Shown: one piece after another, positions 29,622 to 39,478 of the stretch | Numbering within the stretch: position 1 is the stretch's first letter | How the letters are laid out: every line of letters starts with the position of its first letter | Assembly (NCBI GenBank): GCA_963827505.1 | Contig: CAWHBD010000001.1 | Coordinates: forward strand, 1,286,663 to 1,350,662 | DNA from: an uncultured Candidatus Rokubacteria bacterium | GTDB lineage: Bacteria; Methylomirabilota; Methylomirabilia; Rokubacteriales; CSP1-6 | DNA: 64,000 nucleotides | Reading direction: 5' to 3' | Position numbers and translations under genes: made by a program | The notes under the pieces: generated by a model | Told to the model about the DNA's origin: nothing | What the model saw: only the letters and a program-made list of their open reading frames with translations | Databases searched by the model: none

Positions 29622-30788
29622 ATGCCCGAATTGCCGCCGCTGCCCAGTGAAGTCCTCCCCGCTGGCGTCCGCGCCCGCTTCGTCTCAGCCATCAATGGCC
29701 TGGACATGCACGTCCTCGAGGCCGGGTCGGCGGCGCCGGACCGCCCCGCGGTCCTGCTGCTGCACGGGTTCCCCGAGCTAGCCTATTCCTGGCGGAAGAT
29801 CATGCCGACGCTGGCCGCCGCGGGGTTCCACGTCATCGCCCCCGACCAGCGCGGGTACGGCCGCACCACCGGCTGGAGCGCGAACTACGACGACGATCTC
29901 CGGCCATTCCGGCTGCTGAACGCCGTGCGCGACGCCGTGGGGCTGGTGGCGGCGCTCGGCTACCGCTCGGTGGCGTCGGTCGTCGGCCACGATTTCGGCG
30001 CGTCGATCGCCGCCTGGTGCGCCCTGGTGCGACCCGACGTGTTCCGGTCGGTGGCGTTGATGAGCGCGCCGTTTGGCGGGCCACCGGATCTGCCGTTCGA
30101 CACCGAGCGGCAGCCGCCGACGGTCCCCGCGAGCCCCACCATCCACGAGGCGCTGGCGGCCCTGCCCCGGCCGCGCAAGCATTACCAGTGGTGGTACTCG
30201 ACCCGGTCGGCGAATGCCCAGATGTGGCATTGCCGGCAGGGCGTCCACGACTTCCTCCGCGCCTACTTCCATCACAAGAGCGCGGACTGGAAGGACAACC
30301 GACCCCATCGGTTGGCCGCGTGGTCGGCGGAAGAGCTGGCGAAGATGCCGACCTACTACATCATGGACCTCGCCGACGACATGCCGACGGCGGTGGCCAA
30401 GGAGATGCCGTCCCCGCACGAGATCGCCGCCTGCCGATGGCTTCCGGACGATGAGCTGGCCGTCTACGCCGGCGAGTATCGGCGCCACGGGTTTCAGGGC
30501 GGCCTCAACTGGTACCGCTCGCGCAGCGGCGGCGCCTTCGAGTCCGAATTGCAGCTGTTCTCCGGGCGGACCATCGACGTGCCGTCGATCTTCATCTCCG
30601 GCCAGAGTGACTGGGGCGTCTACCAGCGGCCGGGCGCGGTCGAACGCATGCAGGACACGGCCTGCACCCGCTTCGCCGGCTGTCACCTGCTCGAAGGTGC
30701 CGGCCACTGGGTGCAGCAGGAGCAGGCGGCCCGGGTCAGCGAGTTGCTGCTGGACTTCCTGAAGGGGCCTGCCGCGAACCTTCGTTGA
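29622..30788 (+). CDS. Alpha/beta hydrolase, epoxide-hydrolase-like
   Basis: HGFPELAYSWR is the oxyanion HGxP motif. The nucleophile elbow is GHDFGA, with a cap-domain insertion and a C-terminal GHWVQQE. Confidence 0.85.
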   Translation: MPELPPLPSEVLPAGVRARFVSAINGLDMHVLEAGSAAPDRPAVLLLHGFPELAYSWRKIMPTLAAAGFHVIAPDQRGYGRTTGWSANYDDDLRPFRLLNAVRDAVGLVAALGYRSVASVVGHDFGASIAAWCALVRPDVFRSVALMSAPFGGPPDLPFDTERQPPTVPASPTIHEALAALPRPRKHYQWWYSTRSANAQMWHCRQGVHDFLRAYFHHKSADWKDNRPHRLAAWSAEELAKMPTYYIMDLADDMPTAVAKEMPSPHEIAACRWLPDDELAVYAGEYRRHGFQGGLNWYRSRSGGAFESELQLFSGRTIDVPSIFISGQSDWGVYQRPGAVERMQDTACTRFAGCHLLEGAGHWVQQEQAARVSELLLDFLKGPAANLR

Positions 30789-30898
30789 AGCCAGACCGCT
30801 ACGCCAACGGCGCGAGGCTATGCGAAGATTCAGAAGCTCGAGCGGGCTCAGGCGCCTGCACAGTATGCGTGCTGGGGGGGCCCGCCACTACCGAGAGG

Positions 30899-31807
30899 AT
30901 GCGCATGGACAACGTAGAGTACGACCGCGAGCCGCCGGCCAACTTGACGACGATGGTCATAGCGTTCGGGGGATGGATCGATGCCGGCCGGGCGGCCACC
31001 GGCGCCCTGCGCCACCTGACCCGCGACCTCCCGGCCGCGCGGCTGGCCCGCATCAACCCCGAGGAGTTTTTCGTGTTCACCCAGGAACGGCCCGAGGTGC
31101 GGTTGAGGGCCGATGGGGGCCGCGACATCCAGTGGCCGCGGAGCGAGTTCTTCGCGTGGTCCCCAGGGAATAGCCGGGACGGCCTCCTCCTGTTCTGTGG
31201 CCCGGAGCCCCACCAGCGGTGGCAGACCTATACGAAGGCGTTCCTCGATGTGGCCGAGCGCTGCGGGGTGAGGCGGATCGTCTCGCTGGGGGCGCTCCTG
31301 GCCGGCGCTCCTCATACCCGGCCGGTCCGTGTCACCGCCCGTTGCACCGACCCCGCCGAGAGGTCGTTGCTCGAGGCTTGGGGCATCTACCGTCGTCCGA
31401 CCTACGAAGGCCCGACCGGCATTTCCACGATCGTCCTGGACGCGGCGGAGCGACGGGGAATCCAGCACGTCGGCTTCATGGGGCAGGCGCCACACTATCT
31501 ACCCGACTCCGAGAATCCGGCGGCGATCCAGACCCTGGTGAGCTATGTCGCCCGCCTGCTCAACCTGAGCCCGGACATGTCCCATTTCGCCGAGGCCATC
31601 CAGGAGTTCCGCACCCAGTGTGATCAGGCGGTGGCGCGGGACCGGGCCACCCGAGAGCACGTCCGGAAGCTGGAGCAGGAGTACGACGCGGCAGCGGGCG
31701 AGGAGCAGCAGCCACCACTACCGGGCGGGGAGCTCGACTCCGAAAAGCTGATGCAAGAGCTCCAGGACTTCCTGCGCAAGCAGCGGGAAGGTGGTGCGCA
31801 AGGCTGA
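30899..31807 (+). CDS. PAC2 (proteasome assembly chaperone 2-like) family protein
   Basis: The sequence TMVIAFGGWIDAGRAATGALRHL...GPTGISTIVLDAAERRGI is typical of bacterial PAC2 proteins. ATG 30905 is an alternative start. Confidence 0.75.
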   Translation: MRMDNVEYDREPPANLTTMVIAFGGWIDAGRAATGALRHLTRDLPAARLARINPEEFFVFTQERPEVRLRADGGRDIQWPRSEFFAWSPGNSRDGLLLFCGPEPHQRWQTYTKAFLDVAERCGVRRIVSLGALLAGAPHTRPVRVTARCTDPAERSLLEAWGIYRRPTYEGPTGISTIVLDAAERRGIQHVGFMGQAPHYLPDSENPAAIQTLVSYVARLLNLSPDMSHFAEAIQEFRTQCDQAVARDRATREHVRKLEQEYDAAAGEEQQPPLPGGELDSEKLMQELQDFLRKQREGGAQG

Positions 31808-31818
31808 CGGGCGCCCGG

Positions 31819-32932
31819 CTAGAGCTTGATCCCGAGCAGCTTGGCCGCTGTCTCGCCGAGCATCGCCCTTCGCTCCGCGTTGGTGAAGCCCGGCGTCTTG
31901 AGGATGTGGTCCACCGACTTGTCCTGCCAGGGGATGGGATGGTCGGTGCCGATGACGAGCCGGTTCGAGCCGACCTCCGCCGCGAGGTGCCGCAAGGCCT
32001 CCGAGGTGAACACGAGCGTGTCGTAGTACATCCGACGCAGATACTCGGTCGGCTTTCTCTTCAGCTTCACGCCGGTGTCCTTGTCCGGTGCCACGCGCAG
32101 GCTGTGGTCGGAGCGCGGGCCCGTAGGAGGGCAGGAAGCCCCCGCCGTGGGCCGAGCAGATCTTGAGCCCGGGGAAACGATCGAGCGTCCCCTCGAAGAT
32201 CAGGTGCGAGAGTGCGATGGTGGTGTCGAGCGGGTTGCCGATGGTGTTCTCCAGCCATCCGTTGCCCTTCAGTCTCCGGGCGAGGTCCGGCGTGCTCTGC
32301 GGATGTATGAAGATGAGCACCCCGAGCTCCTCGGCCTTGGCCCAGAACGGGTGAAACTTCGGGTCGGAGAACTCGTCGCCGGCCACGCTGGCGCCGACGG
32401 CCGCGCCGCGCAGCCCCAGCTTCTTCACGCCGTCCACGAGCTGCTGCACCGCCAGGTCCGGAAACTGGAGCGCGACCGAGGCGAAGGCCACGAATCGATC
32501 CGGGTACGTCGCGCAGAACTCGGCGAGCCGCTCGTTCTGGATCCTGATCACCTGAGTCACGACGTCACGCTCGGCCCGGTACCATCGCGGGTTGATGCTG
32601 AGCGCCTCCATGTCGATACCCTGGGCGTCCATCTCGCGGAGCCGTCGCGGCCCGACCTCGTCGATCCCCGGCCCTCGATGCTCGTCAACGCTCAGCCCGA
32701 GCAGGGCGTACGCCTCCGGGATCACGCAATGCGCGTGAACGTCGATCGTCTTGACGCGGCGCCCACCCACCATCACCGCGCGGCGACGGCCGACCACGGC
32801 CATGCTGGCGCGGCGCTCGGCCGGTCTCGATCGCCCCGTGCCTCGCGCCGCCGAGCGCGCCGGGGATCGCGCGGCTGACCGCAGCTCACATCCGGTGAAG
32901 GTGATACCGGCCAGCCCACCGAGCGCCTTCAT
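31819..32932 (-). pseudogene. Amidohydrolase-2 family protein (ACMSD-like decarboxylase/hydrolase), one frameshift as sequenced
   Basis: The sequence IDVHAHCVIPE...FIHPQSTP...CSAHGGGFLPSYGP then changes frame at about 32110-32124. It continues as SDHSLRVAPDKDTGVKLKRKPTEYLRRMYYDTLVF...GTDHPIPW to the stop at 31819. The start is uncertain: ATG 32932 has a strong GGGAGAGGA RBS, and ATG 32803/32773 are alternatives. Confidence 0.75.
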
Positions 32933-33124
32933 GTCCGTCCTCTCCCTTCCCTGGGGTCCGTCCGAGCCGCCACTATAGTCCATCTTGCGACAGTCCCCGC
33001 CGGCGCCCGTCCCGATCTCCCAACGTCACGATTCCCGGCGCGCCCGACCGGGCAGGAGTGGGAGGACATCGTGAAACGTGGTACTAGACTCTATTCCGGA
33101 TCGCCTGACTCCCGCGGAGGGGAG

Positions 33125-33805
33125 ATGCCGATGGTCGAGACATCCGCCGCTGACGTGCACCCGCCATACTTCTACCCCGGCTACAAGAGCACACGCCTGC
33201 GGGCGCCGGCGCAGCCCCTCGTGCGCGTGACGCCGAGTCCGCTGGAGGCGGTGGGTCCGACGTTCCCGCGGCACAGTGAGGCCGACCTCACGACCTGGGG
33301 CCGGAGCGCGCCTCTCGGCGAGAAGATGGTGCTCGTCGGCCGCGTGCTCGACGAGGACGGCCGGCCAGTGCGCCAGGCGCTCATCGAGGTATGGCAGGCC
33401 AATGCCTCCGGGAAATACCCACATCCCGTGGACGACCACGAGGCGCCTCTCGATCCGAACTTTCTCGGCAAGGGGCAGGTGCTCACGGACGACGAGGGGC
33501 GCTATCGGATCGTGACGGTCAAGCCCGGGGCCTATCCCTGGCAGAACCATGCCTTCGGGTGGCGGCCGGCGCACATCCACTTTTCCCTGTTCGGGAACGC
33601 CTACGCTCAGCGGCTCATCACGCAGATGTTCTTCCCCGGCGATCCCCTGCTCGCGATCGATCCGATCTTCCAGAGCGTCCCCGAGAGCGGGCGGCAGCTG
33701 CTCATCGCCGATCTCGACCTCGAACAGGGCATCGAGGGCGTCGCGCTCGGCTACCGGTGGGACATGGTGCTGCGCGGTCCGCGCGCCACGCCGATGGGGG
33801 TGTGA
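33125..33805 (+). CDS. pcaH: Protocatechuate 3,4-dioxygenase beta subunit
   Basis: The sequence YPGYKSTRLRAP...WQANASGKYPHPVD...GAYPW...RPAHIHFS is present. ATG 33125 follows GGAGG. Confidence 0.9.
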   Translation: MPMVETSAADVHPPYFYPGYKSTRLRAPAQPLVRVTPSPLEAVGPTFPRHSEADLTTWGRSAPLGEKMVLVGRVLDEDGRPVRQALIEVWQANASGKYPHPVDDHEAPLDPNFLGKGQVLTDDEGRYRIVTVKPGAYPWQNHAFGWRPAHIHFSLFGNAYAQRLITQMFFPGDPLLAIDPIFQSVPESGRQLLIADLDLEQGIEGVALGYRWDMVLRGPRATPMGV

Positions 33806-33807
33806 TC

Positions 33808-34356
33808 ATGGCGAGACCCACGCCCTCGCAGACCGTCGGTCCGTTCTTCGCGCGCGAGTTGCTCTGGAAGGATGGCGGCACGGTGCTGTTCCCAGGTCGC
33901 GGTGACCGCATCACCTTGACCGGGCGCGTGGTCGACGGCGATGGCGCGCCCATCTACGACGCCCTCTTCGAGACCTGGCAGGCTGACCCCACCGGCGCCT
34001 TCCCGTCGGGCCACGACGGCGTCAGACCCTATGGGTACGGCCGCGTCTCGACCGACACCGACGGCCGCTATGCGATCGAGACGGTCGTGCCGGGATCCTT
34101 CAAGGGTCCGGGCGGCGAGACGTACGCGCCCCAGATCAGTGTGGCGATCTTCGCGCGCGGACTCCTCAAGGCCCTGCACACGCGAGTGTTCCTCGCTCCG
34201 CTCGAAGTGGTCAAGGGCGACCCCCTCGCGCGGGCGATCGGTGATCCCGATCGGCTTCGCACGCTGATCGCGACCCGCGACCCGAAGGATCCGAAGATCT
34301 ATCAGTGGGACGTCCGCCTGCGCGGAAGCGGCGAAGCGGTCTTCCTCGAGTACTGA
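33808..34356 (+). CDS. pcaG: Protocatechuate 3,4-dioxygenase alpha subunit
   Basis: The sequence PTPSQTVGPFF...ETWQADPTG...APQISVAIFARGLL is present. The gene starts 2 nt after pcaH. Confidence 0.9.
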   Translation: MARPTPSQTVGPFFARELLWKDGGTVLFPGRGDRITLTGRVVDGDGAPIYDALFETWQADPTGAFPSGHDGVRPYGYGRVSTDTDGRYAIETVVPGSFKGPGGETYAPQISVAIFARGLLKALHTRVFLAPLEVVKGDPLARAIGDPDRLRTLIATRDPKDPKIYQWDVRLRGSGEAVFLEY

Positions 34357-34375
34357 CGCCCGGGCGTCGATCGCC

Positions 34376-35727
34376 GTGAACCTCGTCGGCCGGAGCTTCG
34401 CGCGCGACACGTTCGTGCAGGCCTTGTCCGCCGACGCGTTCGTGCGGGCGATGCTCGACTTCGAGCGCGCGCTGGCCGAGGCCGAAGGCGACGCCGGCGT
34501 CATCCCCCCGGAGGCCGCGCGCATCATCGCGTCCGCCTGTGCCGAGCTGAGCCCGGCACCGGAGGGGCTGGCCCGCGACGGGAAGCGGTCGGGCTCGCTG
34601 GCGGTTCCCCTGGTGAAGGCGCTCACCGAGCAGGTCGCCCGCACCGACGGGCGCGCGGCGGCCTTCGTGCACTACGGCTCGACGAGCCAGGATGTGCTCG
34701 ACACCGCTCTCGTCCTCTGCTTGAAACCCTGCCTCACCGAGGCCGACCACGTGCTGGCGGCGGCGGTGAGCCGCCTGGCTGGCCACGCCCGGCGTCACGC
34801 CGGCGTCGTGATGCTCGGCCGCACACTCATGCAACCCGCCACCCCGATCACGGCCGGCGTGAAGATCGCGCGCTGGGCGGCCTCGCTCCACCGCTGCCGG
34901 CTCCGCCTCGCCGAGGCCCGCGACCGCGCGCTGCGCATCCAGCTCGGCGGCGCCGTCGGCACGCTCGACGCCCTCGGCCGCAGCCGCGCCGCCGTCCGGC
35001 ACGGCGTGGCCAGGCGCCTGGAGCTGGGCGAAGCGGGCGCGTGGCACGACCAGCGTGACGAGCTGCTGCGGGCAATGGCCGAGCTGGCGATCGTCACCGA
35101 GACCGTGGGCAAGATCGCGCGCGATGTGGCCCTGCTCTCACAAGCCGAGGTCGGGGAGATGCTGGAGTCGCCGCCGGCCAAGGGTGTGGGCGGCTCGAGC
35201 GCGATGCCCCACAAGCGCAACCCCGTGGCCTGTCTGCAGGCCCTGGCCGCCGCGGTGCGCGCCCCCGGCTTGATGGCCACCCTCCTGTCGGGCTCCCTCG
35301 GCGAGCACGAGCGAGCGCTCGGCGGCTGGCAGGCCGAGCTCGTGACCATCCCCGACCTGGTGGACGCGGCCGGCAGCGCGCTCGATGCCCTCGAGCGGAT
35401 CGCCGCCGGCCTCGTCGTGAACCCCGAGCGCATGAAGGCGAATCTCGAAGCGCTGCAGGGCCTCGTGTTCTCCGAGCGCCTGGCGCGCGTGATCGCACGC
35501 GACACTGACCGGGCCAGCGCCCTCGCGGTGGTCGACGACTGGTCCGCCGTCGCCGTCACCGAGCGTCGGCATCTCAGGGACATCGCCCTCGCCGCGCGGC
35601 CGGAGCTGACCGGGCAGCTCGACGAGGTCTTCTCGCTCGAGGCGATCATCGGCGAGCTCAGGCCGGTCCTCGACGAGACACTGGCCGGAATCACCGCCGA
35701 CGCCGGGAGACGCTGCTGCGCACCTGA
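34376..35727 (+). CDS. pcaB: 3-carboxy-cis,cis-muconate cycloisomerase (fumarate-lyase superfamily), 3' end unresolved
   Basis: The GSSAMPHKRNP signature is present. Homology-like sequence ends near LRPVLDETLAGI (about 35690). The reading frame has no stop until 36514. The end shown is a guess at the nearest out-of-frame TGA (35725-35727). Confidence 0.75.
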
Positions 35728-35817
35728 GATCGTTGACCCCCTTCGAGAAGGAACCGCACGGACATCCGGCGTAGGCTTGGCGGTGCAGGCGCATGTGCCG
35801 TCGTCGCTCCCGGCCTC

Positions 35818-36216
35818 TTGCTCAGCGCCGTCACCGGCGCCGACGCCTCCGACGAGGCGGCCGTCACCGAGAACGTCGAGATCCTGCGAAAGGGGTTGCT
35901 CGAAGCGGACCGGACCAAGCTGGAGCAGGTCGCATCCGCTCAGATCAGCTACGGCCACTCGGATGGCAGGGTCGAGACCAAGGAGCAATTCATCCACGCC
36001 GTGGCGACCCGCAAGCAGGTCGTCAAGTCGCTCGCCTTCCCCGAGCTCAAGGTGGCGGTGGTCGGCGATGCCGCCGTCGCGCGTCACATCTACCTGTCCG
36101 AAGCCGAACTCGAAGGCAAGGCGACGACCACCCGGATCGGCGCCCTGCAGGTCTGGCAAAAGCAAAACGGGAGCTGGAAGCTGCTCGCCCGGCAGGGATT
36201 CAGATTGCCGGCCTAG
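35818..36216 (+). CDS. SnoaL-like / DUF4440 (NTF2-fold) protein, probably secreted
   Basis: The sequence VTENVEILRKGLLEADRTKLEQV...GALQVWQKQNGSWKLLARQGF is present. The in-frame upstream stretch DIRRRLGGAGACAVVAPGLLLSAVTGADA looks like a signal peptide. It has only ACG (35758) as a possible start after GAGAAGGA. The conservative TTG 35818 is given. Confidence 0.7.
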   Translation: MLSAVTGADASDEAAVTENVEILRKGLLEADRTKLEQVASAQISYGHSDGRVETKEQFIHAVATRKQVVKSLAFPELKVAVVGDAAVARHIYLSEAELEGKATTTRIGALQVWQKQNGSWKLLARQGFRLPA

Positions 36217-36222
36217 TGGGAA

Positions 36223-36254
36223 GCGGGGCCGCCCCCTTTGGGGAGCGGCCCCGC
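36223..36254. terminator. Bidirectional GC-rich hairpin between convergent genes
   Basis: GCGGGGCCGC-cccctttgggga-GCGGCCCCGC has a perfect 10-bp stem. It lies between the stops at 36216 (+) and 36289 (-). Confidence 0.5.
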
Positions 36255-36288
36255 ACCGACAAGCTTCAGCTCGATCAGCGGTGGCGGG

Positions 36289-37131
36289 TCACGCCCTCTT
36301 AGGCGACCACTTGTACACGCGCTGCAGCGCTCCGCCCATCAGCGTGCTCTTGTCGCTCTCGGACAGGCGATCGGTACCGCGGAAGGCATCGACCCCCTGC
36401 TTGTACGTCAGCAGCCCGACCGCGCGGGTCCAGTCCGTACCCCACATGCAGCGGTCGATGCCGAAGGCCTCGAAGATGCGCGCGAGCGGGTCCCAGATGT
36501 CCTTGAAGGGATAGGCCTCGCGCGAGAGCGTGCAGGCGCCGGTGATCTTGATCGCGACGTTCCGATGGCCGGCGAGCTTCAGGACCTCCGGCAGATCGGC
36601 GAACGGCTGCGCCGGCGGCGGCGGCTCGAACGGCTGTTGCAGACCGAGATGGTCGATCACGATCGACGTATCCGGATTGCGAGCCGCCAGCGCCCCGGCC
36701 TGCTCCAGGCGGCCCCAGCACAGGATGTTCACCGGCAGCCCGTGTCGCGCCCCGGCGGCCAGCACGCGGTTGAGCCCGGGATCGGCGGGGTCCTCGGGCA
36801 CGCCGCGGTTCATCATGATGCGGATGCCGACCGTGCCCGGGGTGGCCGCCCACTCGGCGACGGTCTCGGCGATAGCGGGGTCGGCGGGATCGACCGGCTT
36901 GATCAGCCCGAACCGACCGGGATGCCTGCCGTGCACCTCGATCGCATAGCTCGCGTCCCAGCGGTACATGGTGAACGGCGAGACGAGCAGCGCGCCATCC
37001 ACCCCGACGGCATCCATCGCCGCCACCATGTCGTCACCCGTGACCTGCGCCGGACCGTGCAGCACCGCCGCCCAGGGCCGGCCGGGGTGATTGCGCTCGT
37101 AGGCGTGCACCTGGGCATCGATCGTCAGCAT
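36289..37131 (-). CDS. Amidohydrolase-2 family metal-dependent hydrolase (LigI/lactonase-like)
   Basis: The sequence MLTIDAQVHAYE...VIDHLG...WGTDW is present. The product is 280 aa. Confidence 0.85.
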   Translation of the reverse strand: MLTIDAQVHAYERNHPGRPWAAVLHGPAQVTGDDMVAAMDAVGVDGALLVSPFTMYRWDASYAIEVHGRHPGRFGLIKPVDPADPAIAETVAEWAATPGTVGIRIMMNRGVPEDPADPGLNRVLAAGARHGLPVNILCWGRLEQAGALAARNPDTSIVIDHLGLQQPFEPPPPAQPFADLPEVLKLAGHRNVAIKITGACTLSREAYPFKDIWDPLARIFEAFGIDRCMWGTDWTRAVGLLTYKQGVDAFRGTDRLSESDKSTLMGGALQRVYKWSPKRA

Positions 37132-37342
37132 GGGGTCGATCCTTTCGCCGCCCTCATCGCCTCGCGGAGCGGCCTCTGGTCGTGAGCCCTCAGCCTATCA
37201 GGCCGTACCAGCGAACGGCTCGCCAGGCCCGATAGGGCAACGGTAAACGAGCCGCGTCGCTCCCAAACGACATCACCGAGCGTGATCCACAGGCCTATGC
37301 GAAGATCCGGAGCGCGATGGAGGGTAGTGAAAGGGGGAACCC

Positions 37343-39478
37343 ATGAAGCGTGCGTCGTCCATGCTGGCCCTCGCCGCGATCGCCCTCGCCGTGCTCATCG
37401 GTGGTGCTCGTCCGGACAGCGCCCTCGCGCAAGGTGCTGCGGACAAGATCTCTCCGGATCGCATCCGCGCCGCGACCGGCAAGGTCGACGACGCCGGCAT
37501 CCGCGCGAACACGCGTACGTCGCGCGACTGGCCGACTCACGGCCTGGACTACGCGGAGACGCGATTCAGCCGGCTCGCCCAGATCAACGCGGACAACGTC
37601 AAGGCGCTCGGCCTGGTGTGGGCCTACGACCTCGAGTCCACGCGCGGGGTGGAAGCGACACCCCTGGTGGTGGACGGCGTGATGTACGTCAGCGCCTCCT
37701 GGAGCGTGGTGCACGCCGTCGACGTCCGGACGGGCAAGCGGCTCTGGATCTACGATCCAGACGTGCCGCGCGAGGCGGGCTACAAGGGCTGCTGTGACGT
37801 GGTCAACCGCGGCGTGGCGGTCTACAAGGGCAAGGTGTTCGTCGCCACCTACGACGGCCGCCTGGTGGCTCTCGATGCCGCCACCGGCCGGGTGGTGTGG
37901 GCGAAGGACACCATCATCGACCGCTCGCGATCGTACACGATCACGGGCGCGCCGCGTGTTTACAAGGGCAAGGTGATCATCGGCAACGGGGGCGCCGAGT
38001 ACGGCGTGCGCGGCTATATCACCGCCTATGACACCGAGACGGGCGCCCAGCGCTGGCGCTGGTTCACCGTGCCCGGCGATCCTTCCAAGCCCTTCGAGGA
38101 CGCCTCCATGGCCCGGGCCGCCAAGACGTGGGATCCGAGCGGCAAGTACTGGGAGGCCGGCGGCGGCGGAACGGCGTGGGACACCATGACGTTCGATCCC
38201 GATCTCAATCTCATGTACGTGGGCACGGGCAATGGTTCGCCGTGGGCGCGCAGCAAGCGGAGCCCGGCGGGCGGCGACAATCTCTACCTCGCCTCCATCG
38301 TCGCCCTCAACCCCGACATCGGGAAGTATGTCTGGCACTACCAGGAGACGCCGGGCGACAACTGGGACTTCACCTCGGCGCAGCCGATGATCCTGGCCGA
38401 CCTCAAGATCGCCGGGGCCACCCGCAAGGTCATCCTCCACGCGCCCAAGAACGGCTTCTTCTTCGTCATCGATCGCACCAACGGCAGGTTCATCTCGGCG
38501 AAGAACTTCGTGGACGTGAACTGGGCGACCGGCTACGACAAGGACGGCCGTCCGATGGAGACGCCCGAGGCCCGGGTGATCGATCGGCCACGCGAGATCA
38601 TCCCGAGCGCGTACGGCGCGCACAACTGGCACCCGATGTCGTTCAATCCGATGACGGGATTTGTCTATCTGCCGGTGCAGAACATCCCCATCAACCTGAT
38701 GGACAACAAGAACTGGAAGTTCGGCGGGAACACCCCCGGCGAGCCGCACGGCGGCCTCGGCTGGAACCTCGCCATGTACGCCAACGTGGAACCGCCCAAG
38801 AGCGCGCCCTTCGGCCGCCTCGTGGCGTGGGATCCCGTGAACCAGAAGGAAGCGTGGCGCCAGGAACACGTGTCGCCGTGGAACGGCGGCACGCTCACCA
38901 CCGCCGGCAACCTCGTGTTCCAGGGCACCGCCGACGGGCGCTTCATCGCCTACAACGCCACCACCGGCGACAAGCTGTGGGAGGCCCCGACCGGCACCGG
39001 CGTGGTGGCCGGGCCCGTCACCTATTTCGTGGACGGTCGGCAGTACGTCTCGGTGGCGGTGGGCTGGGGTGGCGTGTACGGCATCATGCATCGGGCCACC
39101 AACCGGCGCGGACCGGGCACCGTCTACACGTTCGCCATCGGCAGCAACGTCCCGCCGCCCGCCTTCGTCGAGTACCAGCAGGGTGCCCTCGTCCAGGGCG
39201 TCGCCTACGATCCCGCCCACGTGAAGGAGGGCACGCTCCTCTACGTGAGCAACTGCGTCTTCTGCCACGGCGTCCCCGGCGTGGACCGCGGCGGCAACGT
39301 GAAGAACCTCGGCTATTCTCCGGCCGACGTGATCGCCAACATGAACAAGTGGGTCTACCGTGGCCCGGCCATGGGCGTCGGCATGCCGGACTTCACCGGG
39401 AAGATCTCGCCGGAGGATCTCGAGAAGATCAAGGCTTTCATCCAGGGCACGGCGGACGCGATCCGGCCGAAGAACTAG
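37343..39478 (+). CDS. PQQ-dependent quinohemoprotein alcohol dehydrogenase (type II, with a C-terminal cytochrome c domain)
   Basis: It has a signal peptide, the eight-bladed propeller sequence (TRFSRLAQIN, GVEATPLVVDGVMY, the CCDVVNRG vicinal Cys pair) and a C-terminal CVFCHG heme c site. The product is 711 aa. Confidence 0.9.
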   Translation: MKRASSMLALAAIALAVLIGGARPDSALAQGAADKISPDRIRAATGKVDDAGIRANTRTSRDWPTHGLDYAETRFSRLAQINADNVKALGLVWAYDLESTRGVEATPLVVDGVMYVSASWSVVHAVDVRTGKRLWIYDPDVPREAGYKGCCDVVNRGVAVYKGKVFVATYDGRLVALDAATGRVVWAKDTIIDRSRSYTITGAPRVYKGKVIIGNGGAEYGVRGYITAYDTETGAQRWRWFTVPGDPSKPFEDASMARAAKTWDPSGKYWEAGGGGTAWDTMTFDPDLNLMYVGTGNGSPWARSKRSPAGGDNLYLASIVALNPDIGKYVWHYQETPGDNWDFTSAQPMILADLKIAGATRKVILHAPKNGFFFVIDRTNGRFISAKNFVDVNWATGYDKDGRPMETPEARVIDRPREIIPSAYGAHNWHPMSFNPMTGFVYLPVQNIPINLMDNKNWKFGGNTPGEPHGGLGWNLAMYANVEPPKSAPFGRLVAWDPVNQKEAWRQEHVSPWNGGTLTTAGNLVFQGTADGRFIAYNATTGDKLWEAPTGTGVVAGPVTYFVDGRQYVSVAVGWGGVYGIMHRATNRRGPGTVYTFAIGSNVPPPAFVEYQQGALVQGVAYDPAHVKEGTLLYVSNCVFCHGVPGVDRGGNVKNLGYSPADVIANMNKWVYRGPAMGVGMPDFTGKISPEDLEKIKAFIQGTADAIRPKN

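Noticed and set aside
34376-36514. A 712-aa extended PcaB ORF.
   Set aside because: Only the first ~440 aa resemble a cycloisomerase. The remainder overlaps the SnoaL-like gene and the antisense strand of the amidohydrolase as Ser/Pro/Arg-rich sequence. It is treated as a missing-stop artefact.
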